Virus record (IMG/VR): IMGVR_UViG_3300032007_000018
Location: 136,445-200,444 of that record
Strand: one strand, 5' to 3'
DNA from: a virus
DNA length: 64,000 bases
Position numbers and translations under genes: made by a program. Position 1 is the stretch's first letter. Each line of letters starts with the position of its first letter. The notes below the pieces were generated by a model. That model did no database searches. It saw only the letters and a list, made by a program, of their open reading frames with translations, and was not told the origin of the DNA. This document shows, piece by piece, positions 51,257 through 62,602 of the stretch.

Positions 51257-52447
51257 ATGAGCGAACGTTCTTTGGCTCACGTAGAGCAAATTGTGGATAT
51301 TCAGCCCATCCCCGATGCAGATAAGATCGAGGTTGCCACTGTTCTCGGCTGGAGAGTTGTAATCGCTAAGGCTGATAATTTTCAGGTTGGCGATAAGGTC
51401 GTTTATATCGAGATCGATAGCAAAGTCCCTGAGCGTCCGGAGTTCGAGTTCCTCCGCGATCGCAAGTTCCGTGTTCGCACAATCAAGTTGCGCGGCCAGT
51501 ATTCTCAGGGATTGATCTTGCCTATCTCTATTCTCAAGAATAAGAACTACGAGATCGGTGAGGATGTAACCAAGGAACTCGGCATCACTTACTACGTCCA
51601 AGAGGATAATATTCGTAAGGCAAATAAGATTCCTGCGTCTGTAAAGTACCAGTCTATGGCTATGCGGCATAAGAATCTTTTCAAGCATCAGCCTTTCCGC
51701 TGGTTGATGAAGAGAAACTGGGGCCGTAAGATGCTATTTATCTTCTTCGGTAAGAAGAAGGATAAGCCGAAGGCGTTTCCTACCAAGTTCGCTTTCGTCC
51801 ATAAGACCGACGAAACTCGTATTGAGGCTCTACCTTGGCTGCTCGGTTATGATAAGCCGCTTATCGTAACTGAGAAACTCGATGGAACCAGTTCTACTTA
51901 TATTCTCGAGCGTACTAAGAGAAATAAGTATGAGTTCTGGGTCACTTCTCGTAATGTGCGGCAGTTGAAGGACGATCAAAACTGCTACCACGACTACAAT
52001 ATCTATTGGGCTATGGCTAAGAAGTATGATATAGAGAAGTATCTGCGCGAGTACCTTGAGGCTAACCTTGACCTCGAGTATGTCTGCCTACAGGGCGAGA
52101 GCGTTGGTAGCGTTCAGGGTAATCCTCTGAAACTCGCTGAGGACGATCTCTATATTTTCAACTTCATCGACTCCAAGCAGGGCCGTATCTCTTCTATCGT
52201 AGGCAAGGAGATTGTCGAGAAGTGGGGCATGAAGTGGGTTCCTATCCTTGACACCAACTTCATTATGCCAAAGGATATGGAGGAGTTCAAGGTTATGGCA
52301 ACTGCCAAGTCCGTAGTGAATCCTAAGGTTCTGCGTGAGGGTATTGTCCTGCGTGATCCTACCTGCGATTTGAGTTTCAAGAATGTCTCCAGAGAGTTCT
52401 TGATGAAGCATCAAGATGATCTTGTTGAGGAGGCTCAAAATGAGTAA
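51257..52447 (+). CDS. ATP-dependent RNA ligase with N-terminal OB/tRNA-binding-like domain (Rnl5/DraRnl-NgrRnl-like)
   Basis: motif I TEKLDGTSS (KxDG); N-terminus DIQPIPDADKIEVATV resembles the EMAP/Myf OB fold; 396 aa, TAG-free. Confidence 0.6.
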   Translation: MSERSLAHVEQIVDIQPIPDADKIEVATVLGWRVVIAKADNFQVGDKVVYIEIDSKVPERPEFEFLRDRKFRVRTIKLRGQYSQGLILPISILKNKNYEIGEDVTKELGITYYVQEDNIRKANKIPASVKYQSMAMRHKNLFKHQPFRWLMKRNWGRKMLFIFFGKKKDKPKAFPTKFAFVHKTDETRIEALPWLLGYDKPLIVTEKLDGTSSTYILERTKRNKYEFWVTSRNVRQLKDDQNCYHDYNIYWAMAKKYDIEKYLREYLEANLDLEYVCLQGESVGSVQGNPLKLAEDDLYIFNFIDSKQGRISSIVGKEIVEKWGMKWVPILDTNFIMPKDMEEFKVMATAKSVVNPKVLREGIVLRDPTCDLSFKNVSREFLMKHQDDLVEEAQNE

Positions 52448-52610
52448 AGAACTCTGTGTAAGAGCCAGCGTTATTCATAAAAGATACCGATGGTGGAAAT
52501 GCGGTAGAGTTATTTCATATAATCCAATCACAGGTACTGTAGTCGTACAGCAAGGTGCTGGTGCTTGGGCCGCACACGAAGATGAAGTGGAGGTTCAAGA
52601 TGACACCTGA
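52440..52610 (+). CDS. hypothetical small protein
   Basis: ATG overlapping ligase stop. Confidence 0.35.
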   Translation: MSKELCVRASVIHKRYRWWKCGRVISYNPITGTVVVQQGAGAWAAHEDEVEVQDDT

Positions 52611-52899
52611 ATATGTAACCAAAGACAGTATCTTTGATATTGTCTTTGGTGAGTTCTGCGCTTGCTCTGATGAAACTGAGCAGATATTGAATGACATTAT
52701 TGAGCAAGTAAAAGCATTGTCCGCCACGGATGTAGCGCCGATAATTCATGGTAAATGGCATGATGTCTATATGACAAGTCCAAGTTCTTTTGCAGCAACA
52801 TGCTCTATATGTGGTATATCAAATGATATTCCACATCCTATTAGCGCACATTATTGCCCTCATTGTGGAGCAAAGATGGATGGTGAATCTAATGTATAA
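52594..52899 (+). CDS. hypothetical protein with C-terminal zinc ribbon
   Basis: CSICG...CPHCG. Confidence 0.4.
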   Translation, partial: FKMTPEYVTKDSIFDIVFGEFCACSDETEQILNDIIEQVKALSATDVAPIIHGKWHDVYMTSPSSFAATCSICGISNDIPHPISAHYCPHCGAKMDGESNV

Positions 52900-53257
52900 T
52901 CCAGATACGCTTATAACCTCAAAAGAGGAGCAGTATGAAATTCCGCCTGCTCCTACCTTCAGAGAAGATCCGATGGACGCAATCTTTCGGATGTTCCAAG
53001 AGAATGGCACTGGAAATCCTCCATATATTCCAGTTGACCAGACCACGGTAGTTCGTCAACCTGAGCCGATAAAGCCAAAACTATGCCCATTTCGCAAGAA
53101 GACTGTCTTCTATCAGAATGATTATACTACTCGTATCGAAGGAGAAAAAGTTATGCTAAACCTTCCAAGAGCAGAGTGGATGGAGGAAGAATTTCTACCA
53201 TGCATTCGTGAAAAATGCGCGGTATGGAATGAAAAAGGGCAGGTATGTTGCTATTGA
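52893..53257 (+). CDS. hypothetical protein
   Basis: ATG overlapping upstream stop. Confidence 0.4.
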
Positions 53258-53570
53258 ATCTGTCATGGAGAATTAAATAAACAATATAAATAAAATTATA
53301 AGCCCTCTAGTTTCTAGAGGGCTTATTTGATTTTTATAAAAAATATGATACAATATATATAGAAAATGTGAAAGGAGCTTTGTAATGAATAAGTATTGTA
53401 CACAAATTGAAAGAGCATTGTGGTCTTATGAAAATTGCAAGCCCTATCACCCCTATTCCATTGAATGGATTTGCAATCGAATTAACTGGTGCTGGAAGTG
53501 GAAGAAAATTTCCCAAGAAGAAATGGAAAATTTCGCTGACAGAGCTATCAAAATTATGGAAGGAGAGTAA

Positions 53571-53772
53571 GATGAACGACAATACCGCTAAATGGGTTTG
53601 GGACCCAGATGGAATTGATTGGGGTATTGGAGCCTGGGTCTGTAATAGTTGTTGGTGTCCAAATCACAACCTTGATTCCTGCAAAAAGAATGAAAATCCA
53701 ATGCATTGGTCTGGCTCAAAATATTGCCCTAACTGCGGCCGCAAGATGTCGTATAATTATGGCAAAGTATGA
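53571..53772 (+). CDS. hypothetical zinc-ribbon protein
   Basis: CNSCWC...CPNCG. Confidence 0.4.
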
Positions 53773-53925
53773 AATTCACGGGTATATAAAACCTGCTCTT
53801 CAGATGCCGTGGATCCTTTTAGATCCGCCTCAAGGCTATGATACAGATGACTATCTACAAATTCAAGATTCCATGCGAAGGATAGGAATCAACTACTATA
53901 TTATTGAAGTAAGGAGGAATCCATT

Positions 53926-54708
53926 ATGGGTAGAACCTACGCCTGCGCCGACCTCCATGGACAATGGGGACTCTGGGAGCAAATCAAGCAGTATCTCCAA
54001 TCAGACGACAGACTCTACTTCCTCGGAGACGCAATTGACAGAGGACCCCATGGATACGAAATAATGAAAGAACTTCTGTCTGATAGCCGTGTTACTTATA
54101 TTAAGGGTAACCATGAACTCATGATGGAAGAAGCAATTCGCGAAATGAGCCATATCCAATACGATGATACTACCTATATGGGAGAAAAGTATCATCTATG
54201 GGCGTGGAACGGAGGCGCTCCTACTATCGCCGCTTGGGAAGAAGCCGGAGCGCACTATGATATAACGACTGTGCTTCATCAACTTTCAACTAAGGAAACA
54301 TATATTAACGCAGAAGGATATGAAGTCTGTCTATGCCATGCTGGATTTACTCCTGGTAATGAACCTTTTTGGACTTACGATATGGTATGGAATAGAGAAC
54401 ACCTGCTCCAAAAGATTCCTGACAAGTATAAGCACGGTAATTTTATCGTGGTTCACGGTCATACTCCTACCCCATATCTACTAATGGATATGGATCAGCG
54501 TAATCGTGAGCTGGTAGCTTTCTATGCCGACAAGTGTGAAACGCAAGCAATCCCGCAATATGATTACATAGAAAATAATGGCGCCGTCTTTTATGGAGAT
54601 GGAACGAAGATCGATATTGACTGTTGCTCTTTTGCGACTGGTCATACCGTTCTTCTTGACCTGGACTCCTGGCGGACAATCCCTTTTGACGCGGATATAG
54701 AAGAATAA
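53926..54708 (+). CDS. PPP-family Ser/Thr-phosphatase-like metallophosphoesterase
   Basis: CADLHG...GDAIDRG...GNHE. Confidence 0.6.
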   Translation: MGRTYACADLHGQWGLWEQIKQYLQSDDRLYFLGDAIDRGPHGYEIMKELLSDSRVTYIKGNHELMMEEAIREMSHIQYDDTTYMGEKYHLWAWNGGAPTIAAWEEAGAHYDITTVLHQLSTKETYINAEGYEVCLCHAGFTPGNEPFWTYDMVWNREHLLQKIPDKYKHGNFIVVHGHTPTPYLLMDMDQRNRELVAFYADKCETQAIPQYDYIENNGAVFYGDGTKIDIDCCSFATGHTVLLDLDSWRTIPFDADIEE

Positions 54709-54773
54709 TTTGATTTTTTTATAAAAATATATTATAATATATATAGAAAATAAAGAAAGGGGTTGTATCCGAA

Positions 54774-54998
54774 ATGAGTTCCTACGATTGGGAAGATGTG
54801 GGTGCCGTTATCGTCATCCTGCTAGTTGCACTGATACTCGCTCTGCTTGGGGCCTGGATTGGTGTCGCCTTGTGGGGTGCAATCATGGTTAAGGTCTTTG
54901 GTCTCCCCGCGCTGACTTTCTGGCAGTTTTACGGCCTCATGATTCTCCTTCATATTCTGCTCCCCGGTCGCGGAGTGCGGACGAAGAAGGAGGATTAA
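54774..54998 (+). CDS. small membrane protein (2 TM)
   Basis: hydrophobic 74-aa ORF after promoter repeat. Confidence 0.45.
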   Translation: MSSYDWEDVGAVIVILLVALILALLGAWIGVALWGAIMVKVFGLPALTFWQFYGLMILLHILLPGRGVRTKKED

Positions 54999-54999
54999 G

Positions 55000-55278
55000 A
55001 TGGCCAAGAGAACGAAATCTCCATCGTGTGAAGAACACAAATTTTACTGCCTTCTCTGCGGCCGTGAGGGTATTCCGCTCTTGCGGAAAACAGGCTTCCA
55101 GCACGGAGCATTACATCGTAAAAAGTTGTATTGCCCCTATTGTAAAGTGGAAGTAAATCATATTGAAATCAAAAACCGAGACGAAGAAGAACAATTCAAA
55201 GAAGATTTTCAGAATGGGGTGTATAAGGATGAAGCAGAAGAATCTCGTGCTTTTGTCGGGAATTCCAGGCGCGGGTAA
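55000..55278 (+). CDS. hypothetical zinc-finger protein
   Basis: CEEHKFYCLLCG...CPYC. Confidence 0.4.
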   Translation: MAKRTKSPSCEEHKFYCLLCGREGIPLLRKTGFQHGALHRKKLYCPYCKVEVNHIEIKNRDEEEQFKEDFQNGVYKDEAEESRAFVGNSRRG

Positions 55279-55732
55279 GTCTTACTGGGTGAAGAATCAC
55301 CTGCGCGAAGGCGATTCCTACGTTTCCCGCGACGAGGTACGATTCTCCATTATCGGCGATGATGAAGAGTACTTCTCCCACGAAACCGAAGTCTTTGACA
55401 AGTTCGTGGCAAAAATTGAAGATGAACTCAACGCCGGTAAGCGTGTCTTCGCTGATGCAACCCACATCAACCATGCCTCTCGCCGCAAGTTGCTTGAGCG
55501 CATCCACGATAAGGACAACATCGACATTGATGTTTATGTGTTTAAGACTTCTCTTGGTACTTGTCTTGAACGCAATGCACAGCGTGAGGGGCGTGCGCGT
55601 GTTCCCGAGTCTGCTATCTACCGCATGAGCGAGCAACTCACCGACCCTGCGCACGAGCCTTATAAGTACCGAGAAATCAAGTATATCTTTGAAGATGGAA
55701 AGGAGATATCCGTATGGCAGCCACATGGGTAA
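55229..55732 (+). CDS. P-loop kinase of the polynucleotide 5'-kinase family (AAA_33-like)
   Basis: LLSGIPGAGKS Walker A about 10 aa from the proposed start; DATH (Walker B-like). Confidence 0.55.
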   Translation: MKQKNLVLLSGIPGAGKSYWVKNHLREGDSYVSRDEVRFSIIGDDEEYFSHETEVFDKFVAKIEDELNAGKRVFADATHINHASRRKLLERIHDKDNIDIDVYVFKTSLGTCLERNAQREGRARVPESAIYRMSEQLTDPAHEPYKYREIKYIFEDGKEISVWQPHG

Positions 55733-56295
55733 CAAGCGATTGGCACTTCGGCCATGATCGCGAGTTCATCTGGAAAGCCCGCGGTTTCAGCTCTGTTGAC
55801 GCCATGAATGATAAGATTATCAAGGCGCATAACTTTGTTGTCGATCCCGACGATGATGTGTATGTCCTCGGTGACCTTATCCTGGGCGATTCCGCTAAGG
55901 GTCTTGAGTGCTTGAGAGCGCTCAATGGTAAACTGCACATTGTTCGTGGTAACCACGATACCGACAGCCGATGGGCCGCATATGCGACTTTGCCGAATGT
56001 CGTAGAGCAAAACAACGTCATTCTGCTCAAGTTCAGAAAGCACAACTTCTATATGAGCCATTATCCCACGCTGACTGGCAATCTGGAGAAGGAAAGTCTG
56101 AAACAGATGACTCTCAACCTGTTCGGCCATACTCACCAGAAGAGCAACTTCTATATGGATATGCCATATCTTTATCACGTTGGTGTAGATTCGCATGACT
56201 GTTTTCCCGTGAAGCTGGAGAATATCATTGGCGAAATGTATGCCAAGGTGGACGAATGTAAGGAGTTCCTCGATGAATCGAGCGAAGAAGAGTAG
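55714..56295 (+). CDS. metallophosphoesterase (lambda-phosphatase / Pnkp-phosphatase-like)
   Basis: DWHFGHD...GDLILGD...GNHD...GHTH. Confidence 0.6.
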   Translation: MAATWVTSDWHFGHDREFIWKARGFSSVDAMNDKIIKAHNFVVDPDDDVYVLGDLILGDSAKGLECLRALNGKLHIVRGNHDTDSRWAAYATLPNVVEQNNVILLKFRKHNFYMSHYPTLTGNLEKESLKQMTLNLFGHTHQKSNFYMDMPYLYHVGVDSHDCFPVKLENIIGEMYAKVDECKEFLDESSEEE

Positions 56296-56598
56296 AAAAA
56301 ACCTGTCGTGGCAAGCAGCCCGGCAGAAGATAACAGATAGGCTATTCTTTCCGTCAAACAAGCAATGCAATTATATAAATTATAGAATTGCGACAAATGC
56401 GTTTGGCAAGGAAACGAATGTCCTGGGCCAACCCCATGGAATCCCCCAAGTTGCCCACACGGACTCAATTTTAAGCGTGATCCACCAGATGGTGGATATT
56501 ATGGATAAATTAGGTTGTAATGATCTTGAAGCATTAGTACATGAATATGTAAATACTTTAATCAATAATTAAAATTAAATATAAAAGGAGAAAAGAAG

Positions 56599-58062
56599 AT
56601 GTTAAGTGCTATTTTGCCGTACCTTCCGTTCATTCTGATTGCCATTGTGGTAATCGCCGTTCTCTGTAGTGGTTATGTTAAGGCTCCGCCTGATATGGCC
56701 TACATCATTTCCGGTCTCCATAAAAAGCCAAGAATTTTGATTGGTAAGGCCGGCATTAAAGTACCTTTCTTCGAGCGAATTGATAAGCTCTCTCTTGGCG
56801 CAATTCAGATTGATGTTAAGACTGGTTCCGCCGTTCCTACCGCAGAGTATATCAACGTGAGAGTTGACTCCACAGTCTCCGTGCGCGTGGGCCGTACCGA
56901 TGAAATGATTGCGCTGGCTGCACAGAACTTCCTCAATGTGGGACGAGATGAAATTGCGCGAAAGATTAACGACCTCCTGGAAGGTAATATCCGTGAAATC
57001 GTCGGCCAGATGAAGCTGACCGAAATGATTGGCGACCGCAAGAGTTTCTCTGAAAAGGTGCAGGAGAACGCTGTTCCCGACCTTGCCAGATATGGTCTTG
57101 AACTGATTACCTTCAACGTGCAGAACTTCGTTGATGACAACGATGTTATCACCAACCTGGGTATTGACAACGTGGCGCAGATTTCCAAGAACGCTGCCAT
57201 CGCCCGTTCCAATGCGGAGCGTGAGGTTGAGGTCGCCAAGGCCGAGAACGCAAAGCAGGCAAATGACGCTAAAGTCAAGGCTGCTGAGGAAATCGCCAAG
57301 AGAAACAACGACCTCGCCATTCGCCAGGCTGAACTCCAGAAGGCTGCGGATACCGAGAAGGCTCGTGCTGAAGCGGCCAAGAGCATTGAGGCCGAGAATC
57401 AGCGTAAGCTGAAGGACGTTGCCGAGACCGAGGCCAACATCGCCAAGGCTGCCAAGGAAGCTGAACTGCGCCAGAAGGAAGTTGAGCTGAAAGAGTATGA
57501 GCTGACTGCGCTCGTGCGCAAGCAGGCTGATGCTGACAAGTACGCTCAGGAGAAGGCCGCTGAAGCGAAGATGATTCAACAGCAGAGAGAGGCTGAAGCT
57601 CGCGCTTACGAGCAGGTGAAGAAGTCTGAGGCTGCGAAGCGTGCGACCGAGCTTGAAGCGGAAGCACGTAAGTTGCAGGCAGATGCTGATAAGTATGCGG
57701 CGATGGCTGAGGCGGAAGCTATTCGCGCGAAGGGCGAAGCCGAAGCTGAAGCAATTCGTATGAAGGGTGAAGCTGAAGCTATCGGTATTGAAAAGAAGGC
57801 CGAAGCTCAGAAGAAGATGTCTGATGCATCTGTGATTGAAATGGTAATGAATGCATTGCCAAAAATTGCAGAAAATGTTGCGGCTCCTCTTGCAAATGTA
57901 GATAAAATCACAATGTATGGAGAGGGCGGTTCTACTAAACTTGTTGGCGATATTATTACCAACACGAGCCAGATTTTTGAAGGAGTTAAAGAATCTACTG
58001 GATTAGATTTGAATACTCTTCTTGCTGGATATCTTGGTGGCAAAGCCGTAGATAAAACTTAA
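56599..58062 (+). CDS. flotillin-like SPFH/band-7 protein with EA-rich coiled coil
   Basis: N-terminal TM; SPFH core; long AEAKAEAEA-rich region. Confidence 0.6.
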   Translation: MLSAILPYLPFILIAIVVIAVLCSGYVKAPPDMAYIISGLHKKPRILIGKAGIKVPFFERIDKLSLGAIQIDVKTGSAVPTAEYINVRVDSTVSVRVGRTDEMIALAAQNFLNVGRDEIARKINDLLEGNIREIVGQMKLTEMIGDRKSFSEKVQENAVPDLARYGLELITFNVQNFVDDNDVITNLGIDNVAQISKNAAIARSNAEREVEVAKAENAKQANDAKVKAAEEIAKRNNDLAIRQAELQKAADTEKARAEAAKSIEAENQRKLKDVAETEANIAKAAKEAELRQKEVELKEYELTALVRKQADADKYAQEKAAEAKMIQQQREAEARAYEQVKKSEAAKRATELEAEARKLQADADKYAAMAEAEAIRAKGEAEAEAIRMKGEAEAIGIEKKAEAQKKMSDASVIEMVMNALPKIAENVAAPLANVDKITMYGEGGSTKLVGDIITNTSQIFEGVKESTGLDLNTLLAGYLGGKAVDKT

Positions 58063-58490
58063 AATTTTTATGGGCGAAGCGTTATAAAATGCTTCGCCCA
58101 TTTTTCATATTATAGGTGATTAGCATTATAAATTTAATAGATATTTTTCTATAGATAATTACAATAGAGATTGTTTAAAAAATAAATATTGTTTGGAATA
58201 TAATATAAAATTATATAGAATTCCATACTCACAAAAGAAAAATATGAGAGAATGGAAAAGCATAGAAGAATTATTACAAGAACAGTTCATTGTAAAAGAA
58301 ATAGATCATTATCACTTGGGTATAGACGCCTAAAAGGCGTCTATACCCTTCTTTGTATCCGAAAACGGCCGAAGTTCGCCGCGCCCAGGCCCTAGCAAAT
58401 TTTTTTAGCAAATAGACGGATTGGTTGCGTTTCCTAAAAATTTTTGCTATAATTATTATATGAAAAATATGTAGAAAGGAATTTTATTAT

Positions 58491-58901
58491 ATGGCAACTA
58501 CAACGAATTTTTCAATTCCTAAAGTTGATTAGGGAACAGTAATAACTGCATCAGCAATGAATGCAATTTTAGATAAAATAGATTTGGAGATGAGTCAATT
58601 AATGATATATGAAAAATTAGTAAAAACGATAAGCGTCGTGAAGGATGTTCCTTCTAGTATGATTCCACTTACTCTACCGACAACTTGGCATTTTTGTAGA
58701 ATTATTTATGGAACATCTATGCCAAATAATGAAGTTAAACTTACACCAAGTGATTGGTAGGCAGGTTTTTCATTCCGTCAAATAGAAGGTAGTTCATACT
58801 CTTATGTTAATCTTACATACCATAATGGAACTTATTATGTAACAAATGGTTTTGCTGTATCGCTAATTTTTGAATTTTATCAATTAGTATATAAACTCTA
58901 A
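58491..58901 (+). CDS. hypothetical protein, in-frame TAGs
   Basis: reading through 2 TAG joins ORF 58557-58760 to flanking sequence. Confidence 0.3.
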
Positions 58902-59031
58902 GGGGGGGCTGAAATAATTGACAGAACCTAAGTTCTTTTTTAATCCAGAAAAAGGTTCTTCATTATGTGTTCTAACTACAAAAAATAAGACATATGTTGG
59001 AACAGCATAGTGTCGTGATGAAGACCGCGAT

Positions 59032-59352
59032 ATGATGAGTGAAAAAACAGGATGTGAAATTGCTTATCATAGAGCCGTTATTCATGCATTAGAAGATCAT
59101 TTAGTTGAATTAAAATCAGAGCTTTCTGGCTTAAATAAATATTTTTATACTATAAATCAAAGTAAATACTATGAGCCAGAATCATATATGGCACAAATGT
59201 TGTTTCGTCAAATCCAACAAAGAAATGACGATATCCGCATTACAAAAAATATGATTTCTAAAGAAAAAACAAATTTAAAACAATATATGGAAAATAAAGC
59301 AGAGTTTTACAAAAAAATAAGACATAATAGAAAGGCCGATTCTAACCAATAA
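59032..59352 (+). CDS. hypothetical protein (paralogue of 15434-15790); probably extends upstream through a TAG
   Basis: GTA*CRDEDRDMMSEKTGCEIAYHRA resembles GVAACDPKDTFDYEKGRKLAAGRCA. Confidence 0.35.
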   Translation: MMSEKTGCEIAYHRAVIHALEDHLVELKSELSGLNKYFYTINQSKYYEPESYMAQMLFRQIQQRNDDIRITKNMISKEKTNLKQYMENKAEFYKKIRHNRKADSNQ

Positions 59353-59649
59353 ATCCATTCGTTTTTTCATATATTTTGAACTAAAGAATGGAAAGGGTGA
59401 TTCTTATTACTATTCTATTAGTATTTCTCGCTGGGTACGCTTTTTGCGCCTGGGGAGTGCCATTACTTGATAATGTATCTAATACCTTAACAATTTGGTT
59501 TTAGAAATTACAAGGTAAAATGGCAGTAAAGATCACCGAAGATTCGGTGAAAGCAAGTAAACTAAAAAAATCTCTTGAAGAAGAAACTGGCGAAAAGTCT
59601 CGCGCAATCGGATTCTTTATTCAAGATGATGAAGTAGAGGAAGAAGAAT

Positions 59650-60902
59650 ATGATGATGACTAAGATTTATGATACTAGCAGTTTATTATTAGTTGGCGAC
59701 AATCTATTCGAAAATGATGTAAATGTTGTAATTACATCGATTACTCTTAAAGAGTTAGAACGAATTAAAACTTCTGCGAATAAAGATGCCAATATTAAGT
59801 ATGCGGCTCGTCAGTTGCTTCACTTACTGGACGAAAATCCCGACGCTTATGAGTGTTATATATATCGTCCACAAATGAATCAATGGCTGGAGAAGTATGA
59901 TTTAGAAATAAACGATGATGCTAAAATCTTAGCCGCAGCTTATGACTATGCTAATACACATCAAGGTGAAAATTCAATCTTTTATACGAATGATTTAGCT
60001 TTAAAAAAGATTGCTAAAATCTTCTTTGGTTATCAAGTTGATAGTGTGAAGACAGAAACTGATGACTATGTTGGATATAAAGAGCTATATCTTGATGAAA
60101 ATGAAATGGCATACTTCTATTCCAATCCACAAGACTATGGTGGAGAATTAAATATTAACGAATATGTTAATATATATGATAAAAAATCCAGAGAAAGAGT
60201 TGATACTCTACTTTGGACTGGCGAAGTATTTCGTCAGCTAAAATATAAAAGTTTTATCTCTAAACAATTAGGAGAAGTAAAGCCATACAAAGGCGATATT
60301 TACCAGGCTATGGTTGCGGATAGTCTTATGAATAATAAGATTACGATGATTAAAGGACCTGCGGGCGCAGGTAAATCGCATCTTGCAATCGGGTATTTAT
60401 TCTCTCTATTGGATAGAGGAAAAATTGATAAAATTATAGTATTTTGTAATACTGTCGCAACTAAAAACGCTGCTAAACTGGGATTTTATCCTGGCTCAAG
60501 AGACGAAAAACTTATGGATTCACAAATTGGAAACTTTTTAGCAAGTAAACTCGGCGGAAAACTTGCCGTTGAGTAGTTGATTGATAGTGAAAAACTGCTT
60601 TTACTTCCAATGAGTGATGTTAGAGGCTATGATACTTCTGGAATGAATGCTGGTATTTATATTACAGAAGCGCAAAATCTCGACGTTGAATTGTTAAAAC
60701 TCGCTCTGCAAAGAGTTGGTGAAGATTCAATTATCATCCTTGATGGTGATACCAAGAGCCAAGTTGACCTAGTTGACTATGAGGGCTTTAATAATGGTAT
60801 GCGTCGAGCCTCTTAGGTATTTAGAGGTAATGATATATATGGCGAGGTTGAACTTAAAACAATTCACAGAAGTAAAATTGCAGAAATAGCGAATAAAATG
60901 TA
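59650..60902 (+). CDS. PIN-domain plus PhoH-like ATPase (PhoH2), 2 in-frame TAG
   Basis: N-terminal PIN (DTSSLL...TNDLALK), Walker A GPAGAGKS; ORF 60577-60816 is the same frame across a TAG. Confidence 0.55.
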
Positions 60903-60948
60903 AGGTATCAATTAGATACCTTACATTTTTTATTAGGAGGGATTACAT

Positions 60949-62598
60949 ATGGCTAAAGTATTAATGATAGGCCACGCCACCGGAGATGAAAAAGGCGGTG
61001 CTTCTGGTGGTGCGGCTGGCGATTAGACCGGAAGAGAAGTATGTATATAGAAATGGTATTCAAGTGGAAGTGGATGGAATTTTGTATTACGTCCAAAATC
61101 ACCAATAATAGCAGAAAAAATGGCCGCTGCTTGCGAATGGATATGTGCTAGTAATTTAGTGGGATACGATCAAAGTCAAAGAAATACTCTTTATAATGAA
61201 TTAGAAAAGTTAAATTGGGATTATAAAAAACTGACTACTAAATGCGAAACAGACTGTTCCGCTTTTATGGGGACTTGCGCAAAAATTGCTGGTTCTAATG
61301 TATAGAGAGTCTATGGTAATTGTTGTTACACCGGAAATCAAGTGGATTTATTTATGAAGACTGGAGATTTTATTAAACTCACAGATCCTAAATATTTAAA
61401 TCAATCTACTTATTTACAACGAGGTGATGTATTGGTCCGTCATAATCCTATAACAAATGGTGGACATACTGCTATGGTTTTAGGCTGGAAAGAAGACGGA
61501 GTAATAACTCCAATATCAACAATTAATAATGGATCATTAACAAAAACATAGATCAAAGCAATGCAAGCATATTACAATACAACTGCGGATGGTCAATGGG
61601 GACCAAATTCTACTAAAGCTGCCGGTGGTCTTGGAGCAGATGAAGCTTGGAAAAAATATAGTGCAGCTGTGCCAGGAGATATAGACTTTGGAACTGGATA
61701 CATTTGCCGCAAAATTCCATTATCTAAAATAGAAAAAATTCAATACTATACAAATACTTCTAAAACAAAAACTTTAGATATTATAATGCAAGAAACAGGT
61801 GCAGACTATGGTATTAATGGTGTTCTATACGATATGCGTACCTGGAAACCTTGTGAAAATATAAAAGCAAACGGAGTAATTATTGCTTCGCAGCCAGCTT
61901 GGTCTAATGAAGGTTTTTATTGGACAACCGGTGCTGATATAAAGTGGGGTTATGTCCCTCTTGAAGCAGGAAAAGCTGAAAATTATATTCCAGGAAATGG
62001 CTTAATAACCAACTTAAATTATAAATTAGCAGTAAATTGGAATGCTGAATTATCCGGGAATCGCGGTCGTACATTAGTCGGTCTTGATAATGCTAACAAT
62101 GTAGTAATTTATCAATCTTTAGATGGAACAGCCGCCGCATTAACGCCAATAAAAGCCAGAGATAAAATGGTTCAATTAAATTGTGTAAAGGGTGCTTTAA
62201 ATCTTGATGGTGGTTCTTCTGTTGGCTGGTATGACAAAGCCCACCATTTATATAATAAACCAGGTAAGGGAACTGTTTAGAACTATATTTTATTTTATTT
62301 TAAAGGAAATAATAGTATAGATACTTCACCTTCAACTAAACCTTCACAAAATTCAAATCCATATCCTGTTCCTGCTAGAACATTAAACAAAGGCTCTAAG
62401 GGAGAAGATGTAAAATATGTTCAATATATTTTATATAAGATGGGATACGGAAAAGGCACATTGTCAAGTTTTGTAGATGGTGATTTTGGATCAAATACTG
62501 AAACTTCTGTTAAAATGTTTCAAAAATCAGCAGGATTAAAGCAAGACGGAATTGTTGGAGTAAGAACCCTATCATAGTTGCAGAAATGGAAGGGATAA
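60949..62598 (+). CDS. endolysin: CHAP/NlpC-P60-like peptidase plus NAGPA (phosphodiester glycosidase) domain plus PG_binding_1 domain; about 6 in-frame TAG
   Basis: tracked ORFs 61120, 61342 and 61561 share one frame with ATG 60949; NLDGGSS motif; C-terminal DGDFGSNTETSVKMFQKSAGLKQDGIVG. Confidence 0.5.
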
Positions 62599-62602
62599 AA
62601 TT

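Noticed and set aside
56602-57667. Minus-strand ORFs of 325, 193 and 130 aa opposite the flotillin-like gene
   Set aside because: Antisense shadows of the GC- and Ala/Glu-rich coiled-coil coding region.
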